From: a virus
Taxonomy: Duplodnaviria; Caudoviricetes
Direction: 5' to 3' (one strand)
Virus record (IMG/VR): IMGVR_UViG_3300035390_000014
Location: 64,001-128,000 of that record
DNA length: 64,000 bases
The translations under genes and the position numbers were made by a program. The notes under the pieces were generated by a model. The model was not told the DNA's origin, did no database searches, and saw only the letters and a list, made by a program, of their open reading frames with translations. Position 1 is the first letter of the stretch; the number at the start of each line of letters is the position of its first letter. This document shows, piece after piece, positions 10,137 to 20,076 of the stretch.

Positions 10137-11369
10137 CTATCCCCAGTAATTATAAATTATAAATAATTTTTCCTTCGCTCTAGTCGCTGCAGTATATAAC
10201 CATCTTGCATAATCTTGATCTGATTGATATCGGTTTCGTTGTTCAAATAAAACAACTTTATCCCATTCAGATCCTTGACTTTTATGTACAGTTGTAGCAT
10301 AACCAAAATCAAACATATCAATGTCTTTTTGATCATACCGTTTCATGTCTTTAGAGAATGTTCTCTTAAAATCAATTTCCATCTCGTCATTGTAATTATC
10401 TTTACCAAAAGCACTTCTAATTGCAAGACTTGAATGTAAATTGTCTTCATAATCATCCATCTTCATTGTCAAATCATATAACTTTTTACTTGCTGGATAA
10501 ATCCAAACTAAGGTTCCCAACTGACCATTTTTAATCCCAGAATCATGATTATTCTTCAAACATATAACTCTTTCATCTGGGTAAGGATTAGGTAATGTAT
10601 ATCCCAATTTATCTCGAGTTTTCATATTTAAATCACACCGAGTTTTATTGAACCCACATAATTGAATAATATCTTTACCCTCTTCTGACCAATTAATTTT
10701 ATCATAGAGAGTTTTAGTTTGAGGTTTGCCCCAATCCAATTTAAAAACAGATCCATCATAAATACCAGGTCTTATATAACCATAACGTCTGATATCTATT
10801 GTCAATTGAATTATTTTACTATCAAGAGCTTGTCTATGAATTTCATGTAATTGTAGATCAGCATCTTTTAACAAATCAAATTTAGGACCAACTGGAGGTA
10901 ACTGACCATGATCACCACAAACAATAATTGGGATTCCATACCGATTTAAATCATCCCATAATTCTTTTGATACCATGCTTCCTTCATCAACAATAATCAA
11001 ATCAACATCTAATTCATCTTTCAGTGCCCACCCGGATAAAATCTTTTTACCATTTTTTCTTTTATATACCGGAGTATACAACAATCCATGTATAGTTCCA
11101 ATGTAATCATAATCTTTAGCAGAATGATTCTTTTCAAGTTTAGTAGCTAATACATGAGCTGCTTTACCAGCAAAGGCACAGAAGGCAATTTTATGGGCAC
11201 CACGTTTTCCTAAATCATGATTAAAACGAATTTTCAATGCAATCTCTGTCATGACTGTTGTCTTTCCAGTTCCAGCATATCCAACTATTCGTAATACATT
11301 TGTTTTCTTTAATCTGTACCACTCAAGTGTTTCGTTTAAAACCATTAACTGCTCTTCTGTTAATTCCAT
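10137..11369 (-). CDS. Dda/RecD-like SF1B DNA helicase
   Basis: GYAGTGKT, VDEGSMV, GDHGQLPPV, YATTVHKSQGSEW, LYTAATRAK. Confidence 0.93.
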   Translation of the reverse strand: MELTEEQLMVLNETLEWYRLKKTNVLRIVGYAGTGKTTVMTEIALKIRFNHDLGKRGAHKIAFCAFAGKAAHVLATKLEKNHSAKDYDYIGTIHGLLYTPVYKRKNGKKILSGWALKDELDVDLIIVDEGSMVSKELWDDLNRYGIPIIVCGDHGQLPPVGPKFDLLKDADLQLHEIHRQALDSKIIQLTIDIRRYGYIRPGIYDGSVFKLDWGKPQTKTLYDKINWSEEGKDIIQLCGFNKTRCDLNMKTRDKLGYTLPNPYPDERVICLKNNHDSGIKNGQLGTLVWIYPASKKLYDLTMKMDDYEDNLHSSLAIRSAFGKDNYNDEMEIDFKRTFSKDMKRYDQKDIDMFDFGYATTVHKSQGSEWDKVVLFEQRNRYQSDQDYARWLYTAATRAKEKLFIIYNYWG

Positions 11370-11371
11370 TA

Positions 11372-11986
11372 TTACCCCTCGTTAATAATTTTAATATCTT
11401 TAAAAACTTCAATGTTTGAATGTGAGATTTTAAATAGAGTATATTTACCAAGATATTTATAAACAGCTTTATGATAATCTGGATCTCCACCCACATAATA
11501 CTTTAAAGCTAATGTTATATCTCCATTAGACTTTTTTAATTTCGATTTTAATATTGCTATTCCCTTCTCAATATTATATGAAATATCAAAAGCTCTCTCA
11601 GGTAAAATTTCAACTCCATCTTCTAGTAATATTTGCATCAACCCTTTAGCACCAGCCTTGGATTTAGAATAAATATTCCACATAGATTCTATTTCTATGA
11701 TACCAACAATAATATCATCTGCTATATGATTTAATCTACATTGAGTTATTATTTCATAAGCAATTTTATCAGCAACTTCTGTTGGTGTAGATGTTTTTCG
11801 AGTTTTAATATATTTACTCAATAACTCTATCTCTCTATCAATCTTAATTTCTTTAACAATTTTTTCTTCAATTATTACTGTTTGAGTATTGTCAATTGAA
11901 GCATTTGTCAAATTATAAAATGCAAGTGATGCCATTATAATAATAAATGAAAACGCTCCAATCCAACCTAATTTACCCTTAAACAT
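11372..11986 (-). CDS. Membrane-anchored lytic transglycosylase (SLT domain)
   Basis: N-terminal TM segment, IEIES, SKAGAKGLMQI, ALKYY motifs. Confidence 0.88.
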   Translation of the reverse strand: MFKGKLGWIGAFSFIIIMASLAFYNLTNASIDNTQTVIIEEKIVKEIKIDREIELLSKYIKTRKTSTPTEVADKIAYEIITQCRLNHIADDIIVGIIEIESMWNIYSKSKAGAKGLMQILLEDGVEILPERAFDISYNIEKGIAILKSKLKKSNGDITLALKYYVGGDPDYHKAVYKYLGKYTLFKISHSNIEVFKDIKIINEG

Positions 11987-12244
11987 TATAATCTCCTATT
12001 TAAAAATTAAAAAAGCTATTTTTAGAATTCCTATCACCCATGGAATAAATAATAAAAATATGAATCCTACAAAACATGAAAATAATAATCCAACCAATTT
12101 TAATTGGTCTATTCCATTTGAAGATGTATCAATTTTATTTTCTAATCCAAACCATTTTAAAACTTTTTCAATCATATTAAATTCTCCTTTTTTAATATGT
12201 TCTATTAGTACAGATTAATTTCTTATACAAATACTGGTTCTATT

Positions 12245-12264
12245 ATGTATATTAATATATATAG
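12245..12264 (-). promoter_or_regulatory. 20-bp motif CTATATATATTAATATACAT, copy 1
   Basis: Exact intergenic copies also at 35801, 50701 and 52723 on +. Confidence 0.6.
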
Positions 12265-12364
12265 AAACTAACTTAATACTATGGGAACATTTCTTTTTTT
12301 ATTGTAACATAATTAAAAGTATTAAAAGAGTAGATTTATAGAGAATTTAGTAAAGGAGAATTGA

Positions 12365-13387
12365 ATGCAATTATTGAGTGAGAGGGGATTTAATAGGCAT
12401 ATATATCCTATAATCCCATATCGTGGAAGAGATTTAAGTAAAGAATATTATGTTAAAAAAGATCCGCAAGGAAAAATTATATTTATGGCAACTAAAGATT
12501 CCAGGTGGAATCTAAGATGTTATAAATTTATGGATTATTTATCTACATTAATTAGAAAACAATTTGATGATTGGATGGTTCAATCAAATCCTGGGTTGGG
12601 ATTAGTAACAGATTATAGAGACCCAAGGTTATCCCAATTTAGTTTATATACAAGACCTGATAATATGTATTATATATTAAAAGGAATGAAAAGTATAGGA
12701 GGAAGAGATTGGGATACATTTAATCCATATAATAAGAATATAAGAATTAATTATAAAGAAGTTGCAAAAGCTTTAAAGTGGGAAAAGAAACATGTTAAAA
12801 CTATAGTTGAAATGATTTCTAATTATAAATTTAGAACTAAATATGAATTTAAAACTGTTGATGTTGATCTTAAAACAACTCCAACCTTTAAAGCAAATTA
12901 TAATAATTTAGAATATAAAACTTTTGAAAGTATATTTAATGCTGAAATTGGTGTTACTAATAAATATAAAGATGGTGATGATCTTAGATTTTTAGATAGA
13001 GGTATAGATGATATAGATATTAATTTTCGCACAGGATTTGGAGTTTGTTTTATCCATAATATTTTTACCGGTGGTTATCAATTAATTAATGAAGATGAAC
13101 CATTATATAATTTATCTGAAAGTACTCAAATTATATATAGAGATAGATTTTTTACATTTAATAAAATGAAACATATTTATTTGAATGATGAATGGATATG
13201 TAATAAACTAGGAATAACTACCAATAATGTTACAGCTAAAAAAAATATAATTAAAAAAATTATAGATGAATTATCCAATATTGAAAAGATTAATTTTGAT
13301 AGGATATGTAATAATGGAAGTTATCAATTTTCTATTGGGAAGAAAAAGAAATCTAATGTAATTCCACTAAGACAATCAAAAGTTTAA
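12365..13387 (+). CDS. Candidate replication initiator / origin-binding protein
   Basis: First + strand gene at the strand switch; stop overlaps an iteron; C-terminus has a winged-helix-like pattern; function inferred from context. Confidence 0.4.
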   Translation: MQLLSERGFNRHIYPIIPYRGRDLSKEYYVKKDPQGKIIFMATKDSRWNLRCYKFMDYLSTLIRKQFDDWMVQSNPGLGLVTDYRDPRLSQFSLYTRPDNMYYILKGMKSIGGRDWDTFNPYNKNIRINYKEVAKALKWEKKHVKTIVEMISNYKFRTKYEFKTVDVDLKTTPTFKANYNNLEYKTFESIFNAEIGVTNKYKDGDDLRFLDRGIDDIDINFRTGFGVCFIHNIFTGGYQLINEDEPLYNLSESTQIIYRDRFFTFNKMKHIYLNDEWICNKLGITTNNVTAKKNIIKKIIDELSNIEKINFDRICNNGSYQFSIGKKKKSNVIPLRQSKV

Positions 13388-13509
13388 CGATATTGTAAAA
13401 AAAACTCATTTTTTTACTTTTACAATATCGTTAAAGAGTTTTTACAATATCGTTAAAGAATCTTACAATATCGTTAAATAAAATAGGCGATTTTTACAAT
13501 ATCGTTAAA
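13383..13509. repeat. Iteron-like array TTACAATATCGTTAAA (candidate origin)
   Basis: Exact direct copies start at 13420, 13442, 13463, 13494; inverted copy 13383-13398. Confidence 0.85.
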
Positions 13510-13810
13510 TTACTATTTGAATATTAATAATGATTAGAATAGGTTATAAGGTGCTTTTTACCATTAAACCTTAAGTTAAAAACTTATAAAAGGAACTAGT
13601 TATCTATAACATTAAATTAAGAATAAAATCAATATTTAAACTACTAATGGAATGTATTTTTACTATGTACACAGACACCCCACTCTACTTACGCCTTGGG
13701 GCGACATAGAGTTCTATTCAACCGTCCTATGTCATTTAATTAAAATCAGGTAACATATTAAAGAGTAAGTAGAGTTTGTAGAATAACTAATAAGAAAGGA
13801 AATTTCAAAA

Positions 13811-15853
13811 ATGAATTATGAAGATTTAAAGTGGATTAACCAGTCATTGTATTCATACAAAGACAAACAGTTTGACTCGAATGGATACTTAGATATTTCA
13901 ATAAACCTTAACACAGAAGATGACATAAACTTCAGTCAACCTAAACTAGTTTTTAATCTAGATAACTTAGGACAGAGAAGAAATGTTAGATTATCATATT
14001 CAAATGTATTAGATTTATTAATGTCTTTTAATGTAGCAATGAAAAATAAAACAGAAGTATATGCAAATCCTCAACAAGGTGACATAACAAAAAGATATAA
14101 TAAAAATAAAGATTTTACCTTTGAATTTAGAGCTTTAAATTCACAACCTTTAGTGGTAATGAAAATTAAACATAATGATTCAGATGAAGGTAAAATAATT
14201 TTTCCATTAGAACCTGAGTTTATTACTATAGGTAAACTACTAAGAATATTTGAGATAGAATATTCAAATTTTGCAATAAATTTGCCTAATAGATATCTTA
14301 CTAGTCTTAGTGCCAATAGACAATTAGAAATGGTTAATTTACTTAGGGCATTACCTAGTCAATTAGTTCCTATTCAAAATGAACAATACCCAGATAGAAG
14401 AGAAGAGATAGAACCATCAATCAATTCAGCTAGCTCCACAGATATAAAATATACAGGTACGCGCTGTGCTAAGTGTGGAGAAGATCAGTTTGATACTCCA
14501 AGTGGGATAACTTGCAAGAATGGTCATGGTGGAGCAGATAGTATAGATGATGCTGCACAAGCAAATGAGTTTGAACAATTTGCTTTAGAAGAGGAGCCAA
14601 AAGTTCGTATTCCTGAGTTAGAAAGTGATGCTTTAGAACCAAGAGAAGCTATATCACAAGAGTATAAGAGTCCGTTTATTGAGCGTACATTGAAGAATAA
14701 TATCCTTAATCTACAAGAGATGTTATACGCGTTATTTACGAACCCTAACCCTTTAAGAACCATTATGGACACGATCAATGAGGGTCAAGGTTATACATTT
14801 TTACCTGGTGTAACTGAAAAAGATTTGAAGTCTATATTGTATATTTCTAATTTATATTTTAAGATGAATTTTCATAGTTATATTAAAAATCAAACTGGAT
14901 TCCCAAGTGCTATCCCTGTTGTTAAATATTTTGGTAATGATGAAGATAGAGATACGATTGAATTGAGTTATGACTTAATGATGATTAGTGCATATCTAAA
15001 ATTGTATAGAAATAGAATGGAATCTATTAACTCTGATCCTTACACTAATGGAGCATTAACACATTTCTCTTTTAGATGTTTTCTTGATGTATCAACATAT
15101 AGTTATTTAAATGGTAAAAATCCAGAAGCTATTAAAAATATAGTAGTATCAAGATTTAAATATTTTAGAGAAACTGGTTTCTTTGATAATTTTGATAAAA
15201 ATTTAGTTGGTGAAAATCAAAAACCAATCTATGAAAATGAAATTGGTGAGTTTGTTGATAAGGTATTTGATAATGTAGTTGAATCAGAAGATATTAACAT
15301 TAGACACTTTAATGCTTATGATGCAACGTCTGTGAAATTACCTCCTGATAATAATTTTAATTTAGAACAAATTACAAATGAAATAGTTAAATATGAGATA
15401 AAAAGTTTGTTTGGTCAAAGAATAGAAGATTTGTCAAATGATGAAGAAATTATTCTTTTATTTAATAAAAAGACTAGAAAAAAAATAAAACCAACTGACC
15501 ATAGACCAGAAAAAAGAAAAGTTGAAACTCATGTTTTAAGATATGTCAAATTGAAAGCTAATGAATTATCAGAAGCTAATAGACAACCTTTTATTGATTA
15601 TGTTGAAGTAATGGAAGGAGAATATAACTTTTTTAATGATCAATTTAAAATGGAAGAATTACCTGAAGTTATATTGCAAACAATTTATACATGGAATAGT
15701 TATATTCTTGAACATATGAAATATACAGATTTTGTATTAAAAGTTGAAGAATGTATAACCAAAGATTTAATTATTTCAAAGATTAAAGAATTATCTGATG
15801 AACCAGTTGAAGATGTTGGTTGGGTTGATGCACTAAGCGAAATAGAATTATAA
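13811..15853 (+). CDS. Large hypothetical protein with small internal Zn-ribbon (CAKC...CKNGH)
   Basis: 680-aa ORF with AAGGA RBS. Confidence 0.7.
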   Translation: MNYEDLKWINQSLYSYKDKQFDSNGYLDISINLNTEDDINFSQPKLVFNLDNLGQRRNVRLSYSNVLDLLMSFNVAMKNKTEVYANPQQGDITKRYNKNKDFTFEFRALNSQPLVVMKIKHNDSDEGKIIFPLEPEFITIGKLLRIFEIEYSNFAINLPNRYLTSLSANRQLEMVNLLRALPSQLVPIQNEQYPDRREEIEPSINSASSTDIKYTGTRCAKCGEDQFDTPSGITCKNGHGGADSIDDAAQANEFEQFALEEEPKVRIPELESDALEPREAISQEYKSPFIERTLKNNILNLQEMLYALFTNPNPLRTIMDTINEGQGYTFLPGVTEKDLKSILYISNLYFKMNFHSYIKNQTGFPSAIPVVKYFGNDEDRDTIELSYDLMMISAYLKLYRNRMESINSDPYTNGALTHFSFRCFLDVSTYSYLNGKNPEAIKNIVVSRFKYFRETGFFDNFDKNLVGENQKPIYENEIGEFVDKVFDNVVESEDINIRHFNAYDATSVKLPPDNNFNLEQITNEIVKYEIKSLFGQRIEDLSNDEEIILLFNKKTRKKIKPTDHRPEKRKVETHVLRYVKLKANELSEANRQPFIDYVEVMEGEYNFFNDQFKMEELPEVILQTIYTWNSYILEHMKYTDFVLKVEECITKDLIISKIKELSDEPVEDVGWVDALSEIEL

Positions 15854-15870
15854 AAGAAAGGAAAATTAAA

Positions 15871-16494
15871 ATGTCATTATCACTTGGAAAATTGTTCGAC
15901 AGAAACTATACTATGAGAATTCCATTTCTAGATGGATACTACAACATTGGAACATTTTTTAATAAAAGATCAACAAGTCTCTTATTCAGTGTTGAACCTG
16001 AGTTTGTTAATAGTAATACCAAACATGGTATCAAAATTAATATGTTTAAGAATTTAAAATCATCTAAATTTACTGAAACATTTTTAAATCTTCATAATTT
16101 TAGAAAGAATACTTTAGATATTATGAATCAATTCGAGAATATTAAAGATGATTATTCATATGAAATTGGATTTATTTTAAATGAAACATTGAAACTATCT
16201 AAGGTTGAAATAAATGGAAAATATCTATATGATGTTTTAAATTTATATGGATTTACAATGACCTCATATGATAGTGAGTTTGTTTTCATTATTGCTGAAA
16301 GACAAAATATACTTAAAAAACTTGGAAAGAAAATGGTTCGTACTACTGGAATCCAAATAAGTACTAGTAATGCTTTGGGTCTTTTAGATGAATTTCATAA
16401 AGAATCCAGGGAGTGTGGTAGAGAAGGGTTACAACCAAAACTAATAATTCCATCTGATGAAAAGGAAATAATCTCATTAGATGATATAGATTAA
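15871..16494 (+). CDS. Hypothetical protein
   Basis: 207-aa ORF with RBS. Confidence 0.65.
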   Translation: MSLSLGKLFDRNYTMRIPFLDGYYNIGTFFNKRSTSLLFSVEPEFVNSNTKHGIKINMFKNLKSSKFTETFLNLHNFRKNTLDIMNQFENIKDDYSYEIGFILNETLKLSKVEINGKYLYDVLNLYGFTMTSYDSEFVFIIAERQNILKKLGKKMVRTTGIQISTSNALGLLDEFHKESRECGREGLQPKLIIPSDEKEIISLDDID

Positions 16495-16509
16495 ATCGGG
16501 GATAAATAT

Positions 16510-17994
16510 ATGACTACTGGAAATGATAAGTTTCATTATCAATTTATACATAATGTATTTGGATGTTTTATTGAAAATACATTAGACTATTTCGCTGATT
16601 ATCTTTATCCAAGATTCCAACATAAAGTCGTTGGTACATATGATAAAGCAGTAGAATATATAACTAAAAAAGATGAACTTGGGAGAGAGGGCGACAAACC
16701 TAATCTCCCTGCATTAATCTTAAACCCAACTGGTGATTTTAATTTAGATGATCCTAATTCTCTTGCACATCAATTTTGGAGATTTCCTCATTTAGCGCCA
16801 GGTCAAGCTGCTGGTTTATTTGACCCAATATATAAAGATAATAATATAGAAATTTCTGTAGCTTTTACTCGATTAAAAGGTGAGATCGAATTATTAGCTC
16901 TATTACCATCATTTTATGAATACTTTGATTTAAAAATATATTTTATTCAAATGTTTGGTGGTGAAGGTAGATATATAGAACCAATGTATTTTAATGATTT
17001 TTTAATTTTACCACCAGAGTTAGTTAATTACCAATATACAAATGATGCTACTGGAGATTCTTATAAACTTGATTGGTCAAATAATGCATATGATTTCTTA
17101 GTTAAAACAACTAATAAAAATGAATTAGTTATTCCTGGTAAAGTAAAACCAAGATATGTATTAAGAGGAATGTCGGATGGTTCTACAAGATATGGTGGGG
17201 CAGATGATTTAGCTAGTTGGAGATTAAGTACAATTGTTGAATATGAAATTGAAATTCCTTCATTTATAATTCTTCAATCTAATGGTGTTATAGAAAATGT
17301 TGATTTCAATATAAACTACGGATCTGTTTATTCTACTAATTCAGAATATAATATACCGAAAGTTCCAGAGTTTCAAGAAGTTATAGAGGCTCATTTAGAT
17401 TCTGGTTTACAAGAAAATAAAAATACTATTGTAAATCCAAACATGAATCCAAGTATTGAAGGTGACCTAACTCCACCTTCTAATGATATGGAGGATGCTA
17501 ATATTCCTCCGGAACCAGCAACACCTAATTTCCAAGAAACTCCACCAACTGGCGGGATCTGTTCTGGAGAAAAAATTATCCGTAGTTTAGAATTTAAAAA
17601 TAGATATTTTCATAAAGTAACTCAAGCTCAATCAGATTCTACTTCAGATATTTTAATTACTTTACCTGAAAAAATATATGACACAACATTATTAAAAGTT
17701 CAATCTAAACATGGTCTAATGGAATATGGAGATCATTATATTATAGAAAATGCTGGAAAAGATTTAAAAATATTAGTTGAAAATGTATTTTTAGATGCTG
17801 GTGATATGCTTGAATTATTTGTATATGATGTTCCATTTAAAGCTTCATCCCAAATATTTATTCTTGGAGCAGCATCTACAATTTCAACAACTGATGAAAC
17901 TCCATTTAGATCTTCAATGATTGTTGAGTGGGCACTTACTGGTACTTCTAAATGTGTTGCTGCAGAACAAAAACCTAATATAACAATAGGATGA
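16510..17994 (+). CDS. Possible gp15-like tail terminator/structural protein
   Basis: N-terminal TYDKAVEY...K...LPALIL echoes gp15 TYASKEHF...LPRINL; beta-rich C-terminal extension. Confidence 0.4.
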   Translation: MTTGNDKFHYQFIHNVFGCFIENTLDYFADYLYPRFQHKVVGTYDKAVEYITKKDELGREGDKPNLPALILNPTGDFNLDDPNSLAHQFWRFPHLAPGQAAGLFDPIYKDNNIEISVAFTRLKGEIELLALLPSFYEYFDLKIYFIQMFGGEGRYIEPMYFNDFLILPPELVNYQYTNDATGDSYKLDWSNNAYDFLVKTTNKNELVIPGKVKPRYVLRGMSDGSTRYGGADDLASWRLSTIVEYEIEIPSFIILQSNGVIENVDFNINYGSVYSTNSEYNIPKVPEFQEVIEAHLDSGLQENKNTIVNPNMNPSIEGDLTPPSNDMEDANIPPEPATPNFQETPPTGGICSGEKIIRSLEFKNRYFHKVTQAQSDSTSDILITLPEKIYDTTLLKVQSKHGLMEYGDHYIIENAGKDLKILVENVFLDAGDMLELFVYDVPFKASSQIFILGAASTISTTDETPFRSSMIVEWALTGTSKCVAAEQKPNITIG

Positions 17995-17998
17995 TATT

Positions 17999-18286
17999 AT
18001 GACTGAGAATAAAGAATTTATACATTTTTGCGATAATCCAAATTGTCCGAATCATAAATTAGAAATGAACTATGAAAGACATTATCATGTTAATATAGAT
18101 GAAGGTGCAACTGGTGGTATATGTGGTATATTAAAAACTCATTTATATTTTTATAAAAAAACGATTCCGGTAAATGCTACATTCATGTCAAGAGGTGTAT
18201 CTCATACAGTAATTACAAATGAGTTTAACTTATGTGATATTTGTAAATCAGCAATAGATTTATATAAGGAAAAGATGGATGAATAA
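17999..18286 (+). CDS. Small Zn-binding protein
   Basis: CDNPNC...CDIC. Confidence 0.55.
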   Translation: MTENKEFIHFCDNPNCPNHKLEMNYERHYHVNIDEGATGGICGILKTHLYFYKKTIPVNATFMSRGVSHTVITNEFNLCDICKSAIDLYKEKMDE

Positions 18287-19094
18287 TTCAAAATTATTAG
18301 AACAAATATATAATACTGATAAAGTTGAAAAGAAAGTAAATGTTTCTGGTGGTATTATTTTTAAAGAACAAGATGATGAAAAACCAGCGCTACTTCTTAT
18401 TCAAAGAGCTAAAGATGACCATTGGCCAAACTTCTTTGAGTTTCCTCGTGGAAAATGTGATGATGGTCCCAATGAAGGATTGATATCTTGTTTAAAAAGA
18501 GAAATAAAAGAAGAGACTGGTTTGGATATTATTCCGTTGAAATTTATTGATAAATTCTCATATACTGCAGATGAAGGAAAAAGACTTTCTACACAACATA
18601 ATTATTTATGTAAAATGAAAGATCCAGATCAAAAAATAAAACTTTCAAAAGAACATCAAGGGTTTCAATGGATTACAACACCTGGTGAAGCCGAAATGAT
18701 TGTACTCCCTGAAATGAAAAGAGCTATAATAAAAGCATTTGAAATGATTGATCCTGATACTCAAATAGTTAATTATCCAGAAAATGATTTTACCCCAAAC
18801 GGGACAATTGAGGAAAATATTATGAACCTTCAAGAAAAAATAAAACATTCAGAATACTTAGTTGATAAATATATAAATGAAGCTGGTGGCGCTGAACTTG
18901 TTAATGCAGGAGCATATGCGGCATCTTCTGCAGCAGCAGTTTCAGGTGAATTGCGTAGAGGTTACGACTGGGTTCAACAAAAAATTAAAGAAAGAAATAG
19001 AAAAAGAATGATAGCTAAACAAGAAAAAGAAAAAATGAAGAAAGAGAAAGAGAGACTAGCTATGAAAAATAAAAATAGAGGCAATATAGCTTAA
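18279..19094 (+). CDS. NUDIX hydrolase with C-terminal extension
   Basis: Nudix box GKCDDGPNEGLISCLKREIKEETGL. Confidence 0.88.
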   Translation: MNNSKLLEQIYNTDKVEKKVNVSGGIIFKEQDDEKPALLLIQRAKDDHWPNFFEFPRGKCDDGPNEGLISCLKREIKEETGLDIIPLKFIDKFSYTADEGKRLSTQHNYLCKMKDPDQKIKLSKEHQGFQWITTPGEAEMIVLPEMKRAIIKAFEMIDPDTQIVNYPENDFTPNGTIEENIMNLQEKIKHSEYLVDKYINEAGGAELVNAGAYAASSAAAVSGELRRGYDWVQQKIKERNRKRMIAKQEKEKMKKEKERLAMKNKNRGNIA

Positions 19095-19116
19095 ACATAT
19101 ATAGGAGTATAATGTT

Positions 19117-20052
19117 ATGGACAAAATACAAAAAGCACAAGATTTAGCTGATATGTTATTAGATGAAATGGAAATTAAACAGGTTGGTGGTGATAAAGGT
19201 GCATTAAAAGATGAACCAGAATCTATTAAAAAATCTGAAGATGATTTAGAAGATTATGTAGAGATGAAAGAATCTGATGAACTTTTAGAAGATGAAGTGG
19301 TTGAAGAAGGTTTATTTAAAAATAAAAATAATCCTGCTCGAAAAAATTCTTTTAATGATTTATATAAAAAAGGTATGAAGAGATTAAAAGATGGTCCTCC
19401 TAAAAAGAAAGTAAAAGAAGAGGCTCAAATTTCGAGTATGGTTGATAATCTAGCAACATATTTGGGCGAAGCTTCTTTAGGTGCTAAAATACAACGTGGT
19501 ATAGCAAGAAATGATAAGAATTATGAAGAGGGAAACGATATGGATCCCACTGCTAAAGCTAATGCTAAAAAACGAAAAGAAGAAAAAACAGTAAAAGAAG
19601 GTATTTTACCATATAAAAAAGTATCAAGAGATATAGAACAGATTAAAGATCATGAATTAGGTAGAAGAGGTTTTGAGAATTCTTATGGTGGTAATACAAA
19701 ATCAAAATGGGGTCCACAAAATAAAAAACGAGAATACATGACTAAAAAAATGAATGATTATAAAAAAAAGATGATTGATAAACCTATGGATTCTTTTAAA
19801 AAGAAACATAATATAAAAGAAGCTGATCAAGTAGCTACTGCTCAACAAAAAAATACTCTTTTTGATAAACTTGAAAGAGTGGTTAAAGATTCTGGTAAAT
19901 TGAAACCTACTATCACTACCGAACCTACCACAGAAGGATCTTTAAAAAATATTCAAGATTGGGGTAAAAAGATAATGATGGGAAAGAGAAAGAAAGGTTT
20001 AAAAATTACTCAAAAAAGAGATAAGGCATTAAAGGATACAGCAGAGGGTTAA
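19117..20052 (+). CDS. Probable head internal/core protein
   Basis: Acidic N-terminus then Lys-rich segments each starting at E-G/E-A, resembling prohead-protease sites. Confidence 0.45.
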   Translation: MDKIQKAQDLADMLLDEMEIKQVGGDKGALKDEPESIKKSEDDLEDYVEMKESDELLEDEVVEEGLFKNKNNPARKNSFNDLYKKGMKRLKDGPPKKKVKEEAQISSMVDNLATYLGEASLGAKIQRGIARNDKNYEEGNDMDPTAKANAKKRKEEKTVKEGILPYKKVSRDIEQIKDHELGRRGFENSYGGNTKSKWGPQNKKREYMTKKMNDYKKKMIDKPMDSFKKKHNIKEADQVATAQQKNTLFDKLERVVKDSGKLKPTITTEPTTEGSLKNIQDWGKKIMMGKRKKGLKITQKRDKALKDTAEG

Positions 20053-20076
20053 TTAATAATTTAATGAGGTGAATCC

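Noticed and set aside
13383-13509. Short direct repeats as a mini CRISPR array
   Set aside because: Repeats are 16 bp and gaps only 5-15 bp, too short for spacers; no cas genes; phasing fits iterons
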